Origin: Camelus dromedarius
Lineage: Eukaryota
DNA length: 64,000 nucleotides
Direction: 5' to 3'
Assembly: GCF_036321535.1 (NCBI RefSeq)
Contig: NC_087436.1
Coordinates: 28,212,001 to 28,276,000 of the forward strand
A model generated the notes under the pieces. The model was given only the letters and a program-made list of their open reading frames with translations. It had not been told where the DNA came from and made no database searches. Positions 9,758 through 21,218 of this stretch are shown here, piece after piece. How positions within the stretch are numbered: the stretch's first letter is position 1; each line of letters opens with the position of its first letter. Position numbers and translations under genes: made by a program.

Positions 9758-12700
9758 ATGGGATAGGTACATACCTATCAATAATCACTTCAAATTTAAA
9801 GGGACTAAATGCCCTAATAGGGAAAAAATAAACAAAAACAAAACATAGGATGGCTGAATGGATTTAAAAAAAAAAAGACTCATCTGTATTCTGCCTACAA
9901 GAAACTTACTTCAGAGCTAAAGATGCACACAGACTGAAAGTGAAGGAATGTAAAAGATATTCTACACTAATGGAGACCAGAATTAAGCTGGGTATCAGTA
10001 CTCATATCAGACAAAATAGACTTTAAAGCAGACTATAACAAAACACAAAGAAAGACATTACATAATGATAAAGGCGTTGATCTGAGAAGAGGAGATTATA
10101 TTTGTAAATATATGCACTAACATAGGAGCACCTAAATATTTAAAGCAAGTATTAACAGATATAGAGAAGTTGAAAGTGATATAATATAGTAGGGGACTTT
10201 GATATTCCATAACATCAATGGATAGTTCATCCAGACAGAAATTCAGTCAGGAAACATTGGCCTTAAATGACACATTAGACCAGAGGTACATAATAGATAT
10301 CTGCAGAAAATCCCAGCTCAAAACAGCTTACACATTTTTTCCAGTGCACATCAAACTTTCTCCAAGATAGATCACACATTAGGCCACAAAAGAAGTCTCA
10401 ATAAATTTAAGAAGATTGTATTCATATCAAACATTTTTTCCAATCACAAAGGTATGAAACTAAGAATCAATTACAGGAAGAAAAGTGGAAAAAAACACAA
10501 AGACATGGAGACTAAACAACATGCAACTTAAAAACCCAATGAGTCAATGAAGAAATTAAAAAAAGTGAAATAAGCCAGAAAGAGAAAGAAAAATACCATA
10601 TGACATCACTCATATGTGGACTCAAAAAAAAAAAAAAAAAAAAAAGGCGCTATGAACTCTTCTACAAAACACAGGCTCGCAGACATAGTGAACAATCTTA
10701 CGGTTACCAGGAAAAAGAGGTGGCAAGGGATAAATTTGGGAGTTCGAGATTAGCAAATGTTAGTCACTATATGTAAAAATATATTAAAAAAAAACGTTTT
10801 TTCTGTATAGCATAGGGAACTATATTCAATATCTTGTAATAACCTTTAATGAAAAAGAATATATGTATGTATATGTATGACTGGGGCATTGTGCTGTACA
10901 CCAGAAATTGACACATTGTAACTGACTGTACTTCTATTTAATAAATATAATGAAAAAGATATGCACTTAAAAAAAAAATAAATCAAAAAAGGAAATTTAA
11001 AAAATACCTTGAGAATTGCAAAAGTAGAAAAACAACTTTCCAAAATCTGTGGGACACAGCAAAAGCAGGTCTGAGGAAAGTTTATAACAATACAGGCCTA
11101 TTTCAAGAGAAATCTCAAATAAACAATATAACTTTATACCAAACTGAATTAGAAAAAGAACAAACAATCCCAAAGTTAGTGTAGAGGAAGGAAATAATAA
11201 AGAACAGAGTTGAAATAAATGAAATAGAGATTTAAAAAATACATAGAAAAGATCAATGAAACTAAGAGCTGGTTTTTTGAAAAGATAAACAAAATTGATG
11301 AACATTTAGCCAGACTCATCAAAGAAAAGGGAGAGAAGCCCTCCCAATAAAATGAGGTATGAAAGAGTATAAGTTGTAACTGGAAACACAGAAGTACAAT
11401 CATAAGAGACTACTATGAACAACTGTATGCTGACACATTGGACAACATAGAAGAAATGGATAAATTCCTAGAAACATACACTCTCCCAAGAATGAATCAG
11501 GAAGAGGACAAAAATACAAACTAATTACTAGTAATAAAATTAAATTGGTAATCAAAAAATTTCCATTAGACTAAAGTCCAGGACCAAAATGCTTCACAGG
11601 GCAATTACACCAAACATTTAAAGAAGAGTTAATACCTATTCTTCCCAAACTGTTTCAAACAGTTGAAGAGGAGGGAACACTGCCAAATTCATTTTGTGAA
11701 GCCAGCATTACCTGATACCAAAATCAGACAAAGACACTACAAAAAAAGAAAATTATATGCCAATGTCCCTGATGAACATGGGTACAAAAATTCTCAACAA
11801 AATATTAACAAACCTAATTTAATCATACATTAAGAGACCATACATCATGATCAAGTGGGATTTATTCCCCGGAATGTAAAAATGGCTTAATATTCACAAA
11901 TCAATCAATGTGATGCACTACATTAAATTAACAAAACAAAGGATTAAAATCACATGATCATCTCAATAGATGGAGAAAAAGCATTATATAAAATCCAACA
12001 TCCATTCATGATAAAATCTCTCAACAAAGTGGGTATAGAAGGACTATACCTCAATATAACAAAGGCCATTTATGGCAAACCCACGGGTAACATCATACTC
12101 AGTGGTGAAAAGCTAAAAGCTTTTCCTCTAAGGTCAATAACAAGACAAGGATGCCCACTCTCACCACTTTTATTCAACATAGTATTGGAAGTCCTGGCCA
12201 CAGCAATCAGAAAAGAAAAAGAAAAAAGCATCAAATTAGAAAGAAAGAAGTAAGACTTTCACTATTTGCAGACGATGTGACACTATATATAGAAAACCCT
12301 AAAGACTCCACAACAAAACTGTTAAAACTAATAAAAGTTGCAGGATACAAAGTTAATATACAGAAATCTGTTGCCTTTCTATACACTAATAATGAACCAT
12401 CAGAAAGAAAACAATCCCATTTAAATTGCACCCAAAAAATAAAATAAAATATCTAGGAATAAATTTAACCAAGGAGGTAAAAGACTTGTACTCTGAAAAC
12501 TGTAAGACATTGATTACAGAAATTGAGATGACACAAATCAATGGAAAGACATTTTATGTTCATACATTGAAATTATTTGTTAATTCCAAGATTGTATTTT
12601 TAAAATATCCATGCTACTGAAACCAATTGACAGATTCAGTTAATTCCTGTCAAAATACCTAGGGAATTTTTCACAGAACTGTAACAAACAATCCCCAAAT

Positions 12701-13830
12701 TTGTATGGGACCACAAAAAGACCCAAAATAGCCAAAGCTGGAGGTGTCATGCTTCCTGACTTCAGACTATACTACAGAGCCATAGTAATCAAAACAAAAT
12801 AATACTGACACAAAAACAGACACATAGACGAGTGGAACAGAAAAGATAGATCAGAAATAAACTATGCACATTTGGTCAGTTAATCTATGACAAAGGAGAC
12901 AAAAATATAAAATGGGGGAAAATAGTCTCTTCAATTAGTGGTGTTGGAAAAACTGAACAGCTACATGTAAAAGAATGAAACTAGACCATTTTCTCACACC
13001 ATATAGGGAATAATCTTAAAATAGATTAAAGATTTAAATGTAAAGCTGAAACCACAAAACTCCTGGAAGGAAACTTTGGTGGTATGCATTTTGTAATTGG
13101 TCTTAGCAATATTTTTTAGGCTCGCTCTTCTCAAGCAGAGGACAAAAACAAAAATAAACAAATGAGGTTACATTACACTGAAAAGCTTTTGCACAGGGAA
13201 AGAAAACTGTCAACATAATGAAAAGGCAGAAAATATTTGCAAATGATATGTCCCCCAAATCAGAAAACAAATAATCTGATTAAAAAACAGAAAAAGGACC
13301 TGAATATGCATTTTTCCAAAGAGGACATACAGATACCTGAGGCATATGAAAGATGCTCAACACCACTCAACAACAGGGAAGTGCAAATCAAAACCGCAAT
13401 GACATATCACTTCATACCTGTCAGAATGCTGTCATCTCAAAGATAAGAAATAAATGTTGGCAAGGAAGGGGAGAAAAGGAAATGCTTGTGCGTTGTTGGT
13501 GGGAATAGCCTGGTATAGCCAGTATGGAAAACAGCTTGGAGGTTCCTCCAAAAATTAAAAATAGAATTACCATATGATCCAGTAATTTCACTTCTGGGTA
13601 TTTTTCTGAAGAAAACAAATTCACTAATTTGAAAAGATATATGCACCCCAATGTTCGTTATAGCATCGTTTAAAATAGCCAAGATATAGAAGCAATCTAA
13701 GTGCTCATTGATAAGTGACTGGATAAAGAAGTGGTAAATATATACAAAGGAATATTGTGCAGTCATAAAAAAGAATGAAGTCTTGCCATTTGCAAGAACT
13801 TGGATAAACCTGGAAGGTATTATGTTAAGT
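9758..13830 (+). pseudogene. Inactivated L1 ORF2 (APE endonuclease, reverse transcriptase, C-terminal domain); many stops and frameshifts
   Basis: ORF-track peptides [10 protein letters not shown]...[19 protein letters not shown] (11954-12253), [18 protein letters not shown] (FADD catalytic motif, 12151-12447), [19 protein letters not shown] (12426-12620). Confidence 0.95.
10563..10979 (+). mobile_element. Younger 5'-truncated L1 3' end nested inside ORF2 of the older L1
   Basis: 'agtgaaataagccagaaagagaaagaaaaataccatatgacatcactcatatgtgg'...'gctgtacaccagaaattgacacattgtaactgactgtacttc' plus A-tail; approximate TSD aaatYaaaaaag; host ORF2 resumes 'ggaaatttaaaaaataccttgag'. Confidence 0.9.
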
Positions 13831-14163
13831 CAAATAATTCAAAGATTGTGTTTTTACTTATATGTGGGAATCTTAAAAACCAAAAGAAATAAACAAATAT
13901 AGAAAGCTGAAACAGATTCACAAGTATGGCAAACAAATTTGTGGTTGCCAGTGGGAAGGTAGTTGGGGGGATGGATAAAATAGGTGAAGGATATTAAGAG
14001 GTAAACTACCAGTTATAAAATGTCACAGGGATGTAATGTATAACACAGGGAATATAGTCAATAATATTATTAATTTTGTTTGGTTCCTAGTGTATAAAAA
14101 TATTGAATCACTTTGCAGTACACTTGAAAGTAAGATAATATTGTTAAGTCTATTCCCATTTAA

Positions 14164-16200
14164 AAAATTATGTTATTGTATAGCCTTTAATGAAAAGACA
14201 ACAAGATGAGAGATTTAGCCATTCAAATATCTGAGGGAATAATATCTCAGGCATAGAAAATGACTATGGCAGAGGCCCATAGAGGGGCTCTTGCATGGCT
14301 CAATCAGAGAGAACAAAATTTAGAGTAGAGAGAGGTCAGAAAAATAAAGATGGGCATAATTATGAGGAGCCTTTTAAGCCATTAAAAGACTTTAGATTTT
14401 ACTCTATTTAGTGGAAAACCACTAAATGGTTTTATAGGTATGATATAATTTATATTTGTGATCTATATTTACATTTGTCTTATATTAATATATTCTTTGT
14501 TGAGAATATATATTTGTGAGAAAGGTTGGTGTCTTAGTGTTGCTATAACAAAATGCTGTAGACTGGGTAGCTTATAAACAGCAGAAATATATTGCTAATA
14601 GTCTGGAGGCTGGAAGTCCAGGATCAGGCCCCAGCATGATTTATTCTGGTAAGGGCCCTCTCCTGAGTTGTAGACTTCCAACTTAATGTATCCTCACATA
14701 CCAGAAAGGGCAAGATAACTCTCTTGGGCATCTTTTATAATGGCACTGCTGATGTAATTCCCTTCCAAAGGCCGCAACGCCACCTCCTAATACTATCACA
14801 ATGGGCATTAAACTTCACCATATGAATTTTGGGAGACACAAACATTCAGACCATAGCAGTTGGAAAGAGACATGATGTTAGAACAGTATCCAAATGAGAG
14901 ATGATGATGATCTGGACCAGAGTGATAGATGTTGAGATGAGAAGTTATATTCTGAATAAATTTAGAAAGGAGATTAGAGAAAAGGGGAAAAATGGCAAAA
15001 TACTTATTGGGAGTAAATAATTATCAAGCATGGGAGAGTGACTGGATTAAATAAATTTAGTATGATTAAAATGCATCATTAAAGGTTCATTTGTAGTTTA
15101 TGCCAGAAATTTAAAGTAAGCACAGTCTGTATGATTTTACAATTTTATCCAGCTACTCAGCTGCAGAGAGCAACCTTACAACAAACTTAGAGTTGGATTT
15201 AACCAGGTGTGTGGTTTCACCAAGTAAATAGTCTGTATGGAGTCAATGTATATGCAAGACGGTTGATTTTAATGATTGGCAATTAATTTAGGCTAGATAA
15301 GGAAGAAAGGGAGCACATTAAGGCTTCAAAGACAGTAAAGCATTAATAGGATCAATGTATTGGAGGACCTGGTGTGGTCAAAGGATCATCAGAGTGAGAC
15401 AGTAGAGGGAGTGGTGAATAGAAATGATGCTGTAGATAGAGTGCAGATAAATAACACCAGATTAGCTAAGGAGGGTTTCAGGAAGAGGATGTGGTCATTG
15501 GATACGAAGAGGAAAATGGCACTTATAAGAGAAACAAAGAACAAGGAAAGATGGAACGTGCTGGAATGTTTAAAGGTTTGGTTTTGTTAAGGCAGAACTA
15601 AGCTAAGAATCAAGCTAAGAAAGAATGTGGTAGGAGAAAGACCCTTGTCTGAAAATTTGTTATGAAAGTGGAAGAACCTGAACATAAGAAGTTTGCTAGG
15701 CAGTGGCAGGTGTCTAGTTGAGATCAGTAACCATGACCTAAGTGTAGCATTGATTTTCCTGAATATGCTGTATTTTTCCCTAGCATTGTCTGAGTGCTGA
15801 CATGGAGAAAGCAGATATTTACATTCATCTATGACATAGGCTTGCTAAGTATGGTGATGAACAGATGGCCTGAAGTTCCAAGCATTAAGAGGTGTTCTAC
15901 AGGGTGAAGACACAGTGGTTGAAACGTGGTGCTGAGGTGGCAGTGGCATACTAGGAGGAAACCCTTGATGGAAGAGATACGTGAAAGACTGAGCCCCCAG
16001 CCAGAGAGGGCTTCAGAGTAGGGGCTGAATTCAGTTAAGACAAAGAAGCAGACAGAAGAAAAGTTGTCCTCAGAAAGAAGCTGAGGATTTAATGCAGTTT
16101 ACTGATGTGGGAACAGAATTTCAGAAAGGGCAGAGAATAGTGGGAGGTTAAGACAGAAGGGACCACACATATTCAGATAGCTACAACCAGGAAGAAGATC
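14164..16200 (-). mobile_element. LINE-2 fragments (continuation), interrupted by MLT1A
   Basis: 'gagcctttta agccattaaaagactttagattttactc', 'tccaaatgagagatgatgatgatctggaccagagtg', 'agagttggatttaaccagg'; distal boundary uncertain. Confidence 0.7.
14530..14858 (-). mobile_element. MaLR solo LTR (MLT1A-like) with perfect 5-bp TSD
   Basis: TG...CA ends (tgtcttag...cagaccatagca); TSD gttgg at 14525-14529 and 14859-14863. Confidence 0.92.
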
Positions 16201-16524
16201 TAGACACTATGTGCAGATACATCTGCATCCATTCTCCTTTGTTCGTATGTGTAATTGGATAAGATGTGAGCTTCCTGACTGAGCATGCAGGAGTGGAGCA
16301 TATACTGGAAATAATCTACACAAAGAGTCTGCAAGAATTCCTGATTTGTGGGGGTGTGTGTGGTGGTGGTGTCAGGGCAAGGATGATCACTTCTTTCATA
16401 TATTACCTGGCAAGCAAGCAAGAGTTCTGGTTTATTTGTTTGTTTGTTTTTCTTCTTCAGTTGTCAAAAAAAGAGTAAGAACATATACTTAGGTAGTTTC
16501 AAAAATTCTTACAATATAAATTGC

Positions 16525-16800
16525 CATTCATTTTTTCATTCACCCAGCAAACATTTATTTAGCAATTATATGTCCTATATGTCCTTAAATGAGCTAGCCA
16601 CTGAGGAGGTGGGTATATTACATTAAGTCATACGGCATTGTCATTTTTAGTAGGTAAAAATTAGTTGAATATTGGCAATGTCGTACAATTCAACATGATA
16701 AAACATATAATCCATTCCACCAGGGATCTCATATTCTAGTGTAAAACTCAGAAAAGAAAACAATATAAAATATGGTGTAATAAAGGTTATATTTATTAAA
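16525..16800 (-). mobile_element. LINE-2 3' end fragment
   Basis: 'ttcattcacccagcaaacatttatttagc', 'cagggatctcatattctagtg'. Confidence 0.55.
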
Positions 16801-17024
16801 GGGTTTTAGGAAGATTTTATTCTCATATAAAATATGTTGTAAAATGTAAACTGCAGTGATTTAGTGGAACTTAAGTTCACGGATCTGAAGCATGGACATT
16901 TTAAATGCATATGTCAAATGAATGCCTGTGTTCTTATAGTGATGTGCTAACAGAAAACAACAGCAACAAAAATCTTGAAGATCTTTATGAAAACTGTAGT
17001 GAATTACTACTTATTAGAAGTTTG

Positions 17025-17118
17025 AATCGTATTACAGTATATCAGTCTATCTAATTACATGTTGTACACCTTAATTTGCACAATGTGATGTGTCAAATAT
17101 ATTTCAATTAAAAGAAAA
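17025..17118 (+). mobile_element. Short L1 (L1MA/MB-type) 3' tip
   Basis: 'catgttgtacaccttaatttgcacaatgtgatgtgtcaaatatatttcaattaaaag'. Confidence 0.8.
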
Positions 17119-19059
17119 GATGTTTCACATCAATTGACCTGACTATGCTTTAAGAGATAAATCTAAACAATATCAACAAAAATCCATCCACCTGTCAATC
17201 AATCAATCAATGTAATTTAGATTTAAAGAAAAACATGAGATAAGGTTTGTATATAGTATATTTTACAGAGAAGTGCTCTGGTTTTGGCCATAGGACATTT
17301 ACAAATCAAACCTATGTTTATGGCACATTCTTTGCTTATAATATATACAATTCTGCTTTTTCTTTGTATATTTATGTGTCTTCTTTTCCTTCATCACCTT
17401 CATTATTTCTTCTTTTTAGCAAATAAACTATTGTGGATTTTTGTCCACTCAGAAAGGAAGTGGAGTTGTGCCTATAAAACAAGCACAAGAACACTTTATA
17501 AAAAACTTTGTTACATATAACAATTCTTTTCCTAGAAGTATAAAATAGAGTAAAAGGAAGAGCCTAATTAATGAGAGTCAGAAGTTAGAAACTAAATAAT
17601 AAAAACAAAATTGGAATCAGGAATATTACATTCCCTAGTGTCATTTAGTGTCCAAATATATTTCTATATGGATGGTAATATTACAGGTAGGGAACATTTT
17701 CCCCCTTGTTTATTTTTAAACATGTATTCTTTATATCTTCACGCCTCATAGAGCTGTCTCCTAGATTGTTTGCATCCCTCCTCTTTTTTGATGAAGGGAG
17801 CAATTTTACAGATAAGTAAAGAGATTTTTATCTTATGAAATTCTGATTTTGCATGTATTCCCTCTTCAAATTAATTACTTCATTCCACCAGAGAGTAAAC
17901 TCCATACATAGAAGTTAGGGAGGAATGACTGATGTGGCGAAACTCAAAACAAAATTGTATATAAATGAAAGCTTTATATTTTAAAAAAGTTCATTCTTCT
18001 CTTGAAAATAAAACAATTTCCTGCCCTTGTAAGTGAAATAATAAGTTTTGATGTTTTTTCTCCCTCAAATCATGAGTCCAAGATAGATTTCCTCTGACAA
18101 ATTTATTACAGATATTTGCAACAGGAAGCAGGGAATATCATAGTTTATAAATATTGATTTCTAACCTTCTCCGGCAATTAATTATGTATATACTTATTTC
18201 AATATAGATATTTAGATATTATTACCAAATATAATTACTATTCAAAGATGAATAAATCATAAACGCAAGACTGAATTCTATCATTAGTGAAATTTAAATA
18301 CTGAGCATCTTGCTACAGTTGATTTCACAGTGTCCTGATTTTGAGAACATCCTAACAAACGATTCAATGAACATGTACTAAGATTCACATGGTTCACATT
18401 AACAAAATCAATTTACATGTTTTCCCTTTTTACAAGTTGTTTACTTGCTGCGGAATGAATTATCACAAGTAGGATGTACTATAAGATCAAAGCCCCTTTG
18501 CAATTTTGTGCAGCATACAGATGTAATTAATTTATTTGTTCAATAAGTACTTGAGATTTTTTTTATGCATAGAGAAATTATGCATTGATAGTGACACAAC
18601 TACTGTGGAAATAATGGTTTGGAAGTGAACAAAAGAAAGAGGCCCCGATAACTCAACGCCAGGATAAAGAGAGACAAAAGTATTACAGAAGTTATTTAGG
18701 GCAAAGAAAATTATGGAAAATTTTGTAGCAGAGATGTTTTTATTTTGAAATAGACTTCGAAGAAATAGGATATAATGTGGGAGAAAGGCAATGCTGGAAG
18801 GGTAATAATCAGCAAGAAAGTGTCATAAATCTATAGAAAATAATAGATACTTAATTTTTATTGGATATAGGAAGTAGAAAATTCTGAAAAAAATCTGGGA
18901 ACTAAATTAAGGTTAAGGTAAATTTGGGGGAGTGCATACTTCAATTAAATACAGAAAAATTATATTTTTAGAAGAAATTATTTTTATATGTTCGGCCCAA
19001 TAATTTTACTTCTGTGTCATGGTGAAAAATGAAGTTTTCACAAAACTATCAGAAATAAT

Positions 19060-19430
19060 AGGATTTTCATCCTAATAGTAGTATAATAGTAAAATTTGAA
19101 AGCAACTTAACTTTGTCCTGTATGTAAATGACTAAATGCCACCTATTCATGTAGAATAGAATATTCTCTTCAAAAGTGACATTTTTCAAGAATTTTAATT
19201 AATAAAATATGTTCTGATATTAAAATAAGCCAAAATGCAGAATACAAAGTTTTATCTATGTGCATTAACATTTATATCCATGTATTTTTTTATATATTAC
19301 ATCCATATGTTTCTTTTATCTCTATATCAAGGAATTGAATGACAATACACCAAAATGTTTGTAGTTATCTTTAGATAATGTGTTAATTATTTTCTAACAT
19401 TTTATAAAATGTTCCAGGAAATAAGTATGG
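19060..19430 (+). mobile_element. Old L1 (L1ME-like) 3' fragment
   Basis: 'tataatagtaaaatttgaaagcaacttaac', 'tattcatgtagaatagaatatt', 'atacaccaaaatgtttgtagttatc'. Confidence 0.6.
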
Positions 19431-20081
19431 AATCAAAAGAGAAAAAGATGGTCATTTAAAAAAATTCAATATTTTCTTAACAATTTTTTTAAATGTAAGA
19501 TTTTATTCAGAAGTAACTGAAAACTATAACTAAAATAATATATTGCATAGTTAATAATTCTGGGCTTTTGTACAAAAATATGGCTTGGATTAATTACTTC
19601 ACAAATAAAATTAATAAACAGTTTTATTCACAAGTACATCAAAAAGTAAAATACTTAGAAATAAATTAACAAAAGTACAAAATTTATACTCTGTAAATTA
19701 TAAACTATTGTTTTAAAAAAATAAATATCTAAATGGGAAATTATCCTATGTTTATTGATTGGAAGACTTAATATTGTTAAAATGGCAATATACCCTAAAC
19801 TAATTTACAAATTTAATGTGATCTCTATCAGAATCCCAACTGACTTTTTTGTAGAAATTGACAAGATGATTCTAAAATTCATAAGAATTGCAAGGGACTC
19901 AAGTAGCCAAAACAATCTTGAAAACAAAGAATAAAGTAGGAAGATTCATACATCCCCATTTCAAAATTGGTTACAAAGAAATGATAATCAAGTCAGGGTA
20001 ATTGTTACAAGCATAGAGATAAAGATCAATGAATTAGGAGTCTAAAAATAAACCCATACATCTGTGATTGATTGATTTTTT

Positions 20082-20152
20082 AAAAAATTTTATTGAAGTA
20101 TAGTTGATTTGCAATGTTGTATTAGTTTCTGGTGTACACCAGTGATTCAGTG

Positions 20153-20188
<36 letters not shown>

Positions 20189-20359
20189 TTCTTTTTCATA
20201 CTCTTTTCTACTTTGGTTTATTACAGGATATTGATGTAATCAATAATATATGTAATGTAATAATGTAATAATATAATGTAATATAGGGAATATAGTTTCT
20301 TGTGCTATACAGTAGGACCTTGTTACTTACCTATTTTATATATAGTAGTTTGTGTCTGC
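20082..20359 (-). mobile_element. Younger L1 3' end inserted antisense in the older L1, with internal (TA)n(CA)n
   Basis: 'ttttattgaagtatagttgatttgcaatgttgtattagtttctggtgtaca', 'gtgctatacagtaggaccttg'; TSD at 20068-20081 and 20360-20373. Confidence 0.9.
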
Positions 20360-21186
20360 TCAATTGATTTTTTGACAAGAGTACCAAAACCACTCAATGG
20401 GGGAAATATAGTCATTTCAACAAATGGTGCTAGGACACTGGATAGAATGTAAAAGAATGGCATTGGTCCTTTACCTAACACCACATACAAAAAATAACTC
20501 AAAAAGAATCTAATACAGAAATGTAATAAAAACTGTAAGCTTTTTAGAAGGAAACATAGGGGTAAATCTATAGCATTGAATTTGGCAAAAGTATCCTAGA
20601 TATGACACCAAAAACATTAGCAACATATGAAAAAATAGATAAATTAAACTTCATAAACATTTAAGTTTTGTTCTTCAAAGGACAACATCAAGAAAGTGAA
20701 AAGATAATCCAGAATAGGAAAGAATAGTTGTAAACTGTGTGTATGATAAGGGATTTGTATCTAGAAGATATAAAGAACTCTTGCAGTACAATAATAAAAA
20801 TATAAATAATCTAATTAAAAATGGGCAGGGGGATCTGAGTAGCCATTTTTCCATGGAAGGTATACAAATAGTCAATGTGCTGATGAAGGGATATTCACTA
20901 TCATTATTCATCAGAAAATACAAATAAAAATCACAGGGAAATACCACTTCATACTCACTAGATGGCTAGAGTCAAAAAAGTCACATAACAACAATGTTGG
21001 CAAAGATGTGGAAGAATCAAAACACTCATGTTCTGCTATTGGCAATGTAAAGTGGTACAAGTGCTTTAGAAAACAGTCTTGCGGTTTCTTAAATTATCAG
21101 ACCTAGATATATTCATATGACTCAACAATTTTACAGCTAGTCATATGCCCAGGAAAAAATGAAACCATATTTCTAAACCAGAAACT

Positions 21187-21218
21187 TGTGTGTGAATGTT
21201 TATGTGTGTGAATGTTTA
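21187..21218. repeat. Perfect 16-bp tandem duplication
   Basis: tgtgtgtgaatgttta x2. Confidence 0.9.

Larger units (their letters stand above)
8859..14163 (+). mobile_element. LINE-1, 5' UTR-containing but ORF1-deleted, with decayed ORF2 and 3' UTR; flanked by a 16-bp TSD
   Basis: L1 start gggggaatcaaaatagcagagtagg at 8877; inter-ORF spacer from ~9368; ORF2 start region at 9758; RT motifs; 3' UTR ending ~14163; TSD aaaattaggtcattgt (8843-8858) / aaaattatgttattgt (14164-14179), 14/16 identical. Confidence 0.93.

Noticed and set aside
11954..12620. ORFs with reverse-transcriptase motifs as a possible novel RT system
   Set aside because: They are frameshifted fragments of ordinary LINE-1 ORF2.
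9071..13766. Several minus-strand ORFs of 65-109 aa
   Set aside because: Antisense reading of A-rich L1 sequence gives F/L/I-rich spurious ORFs.
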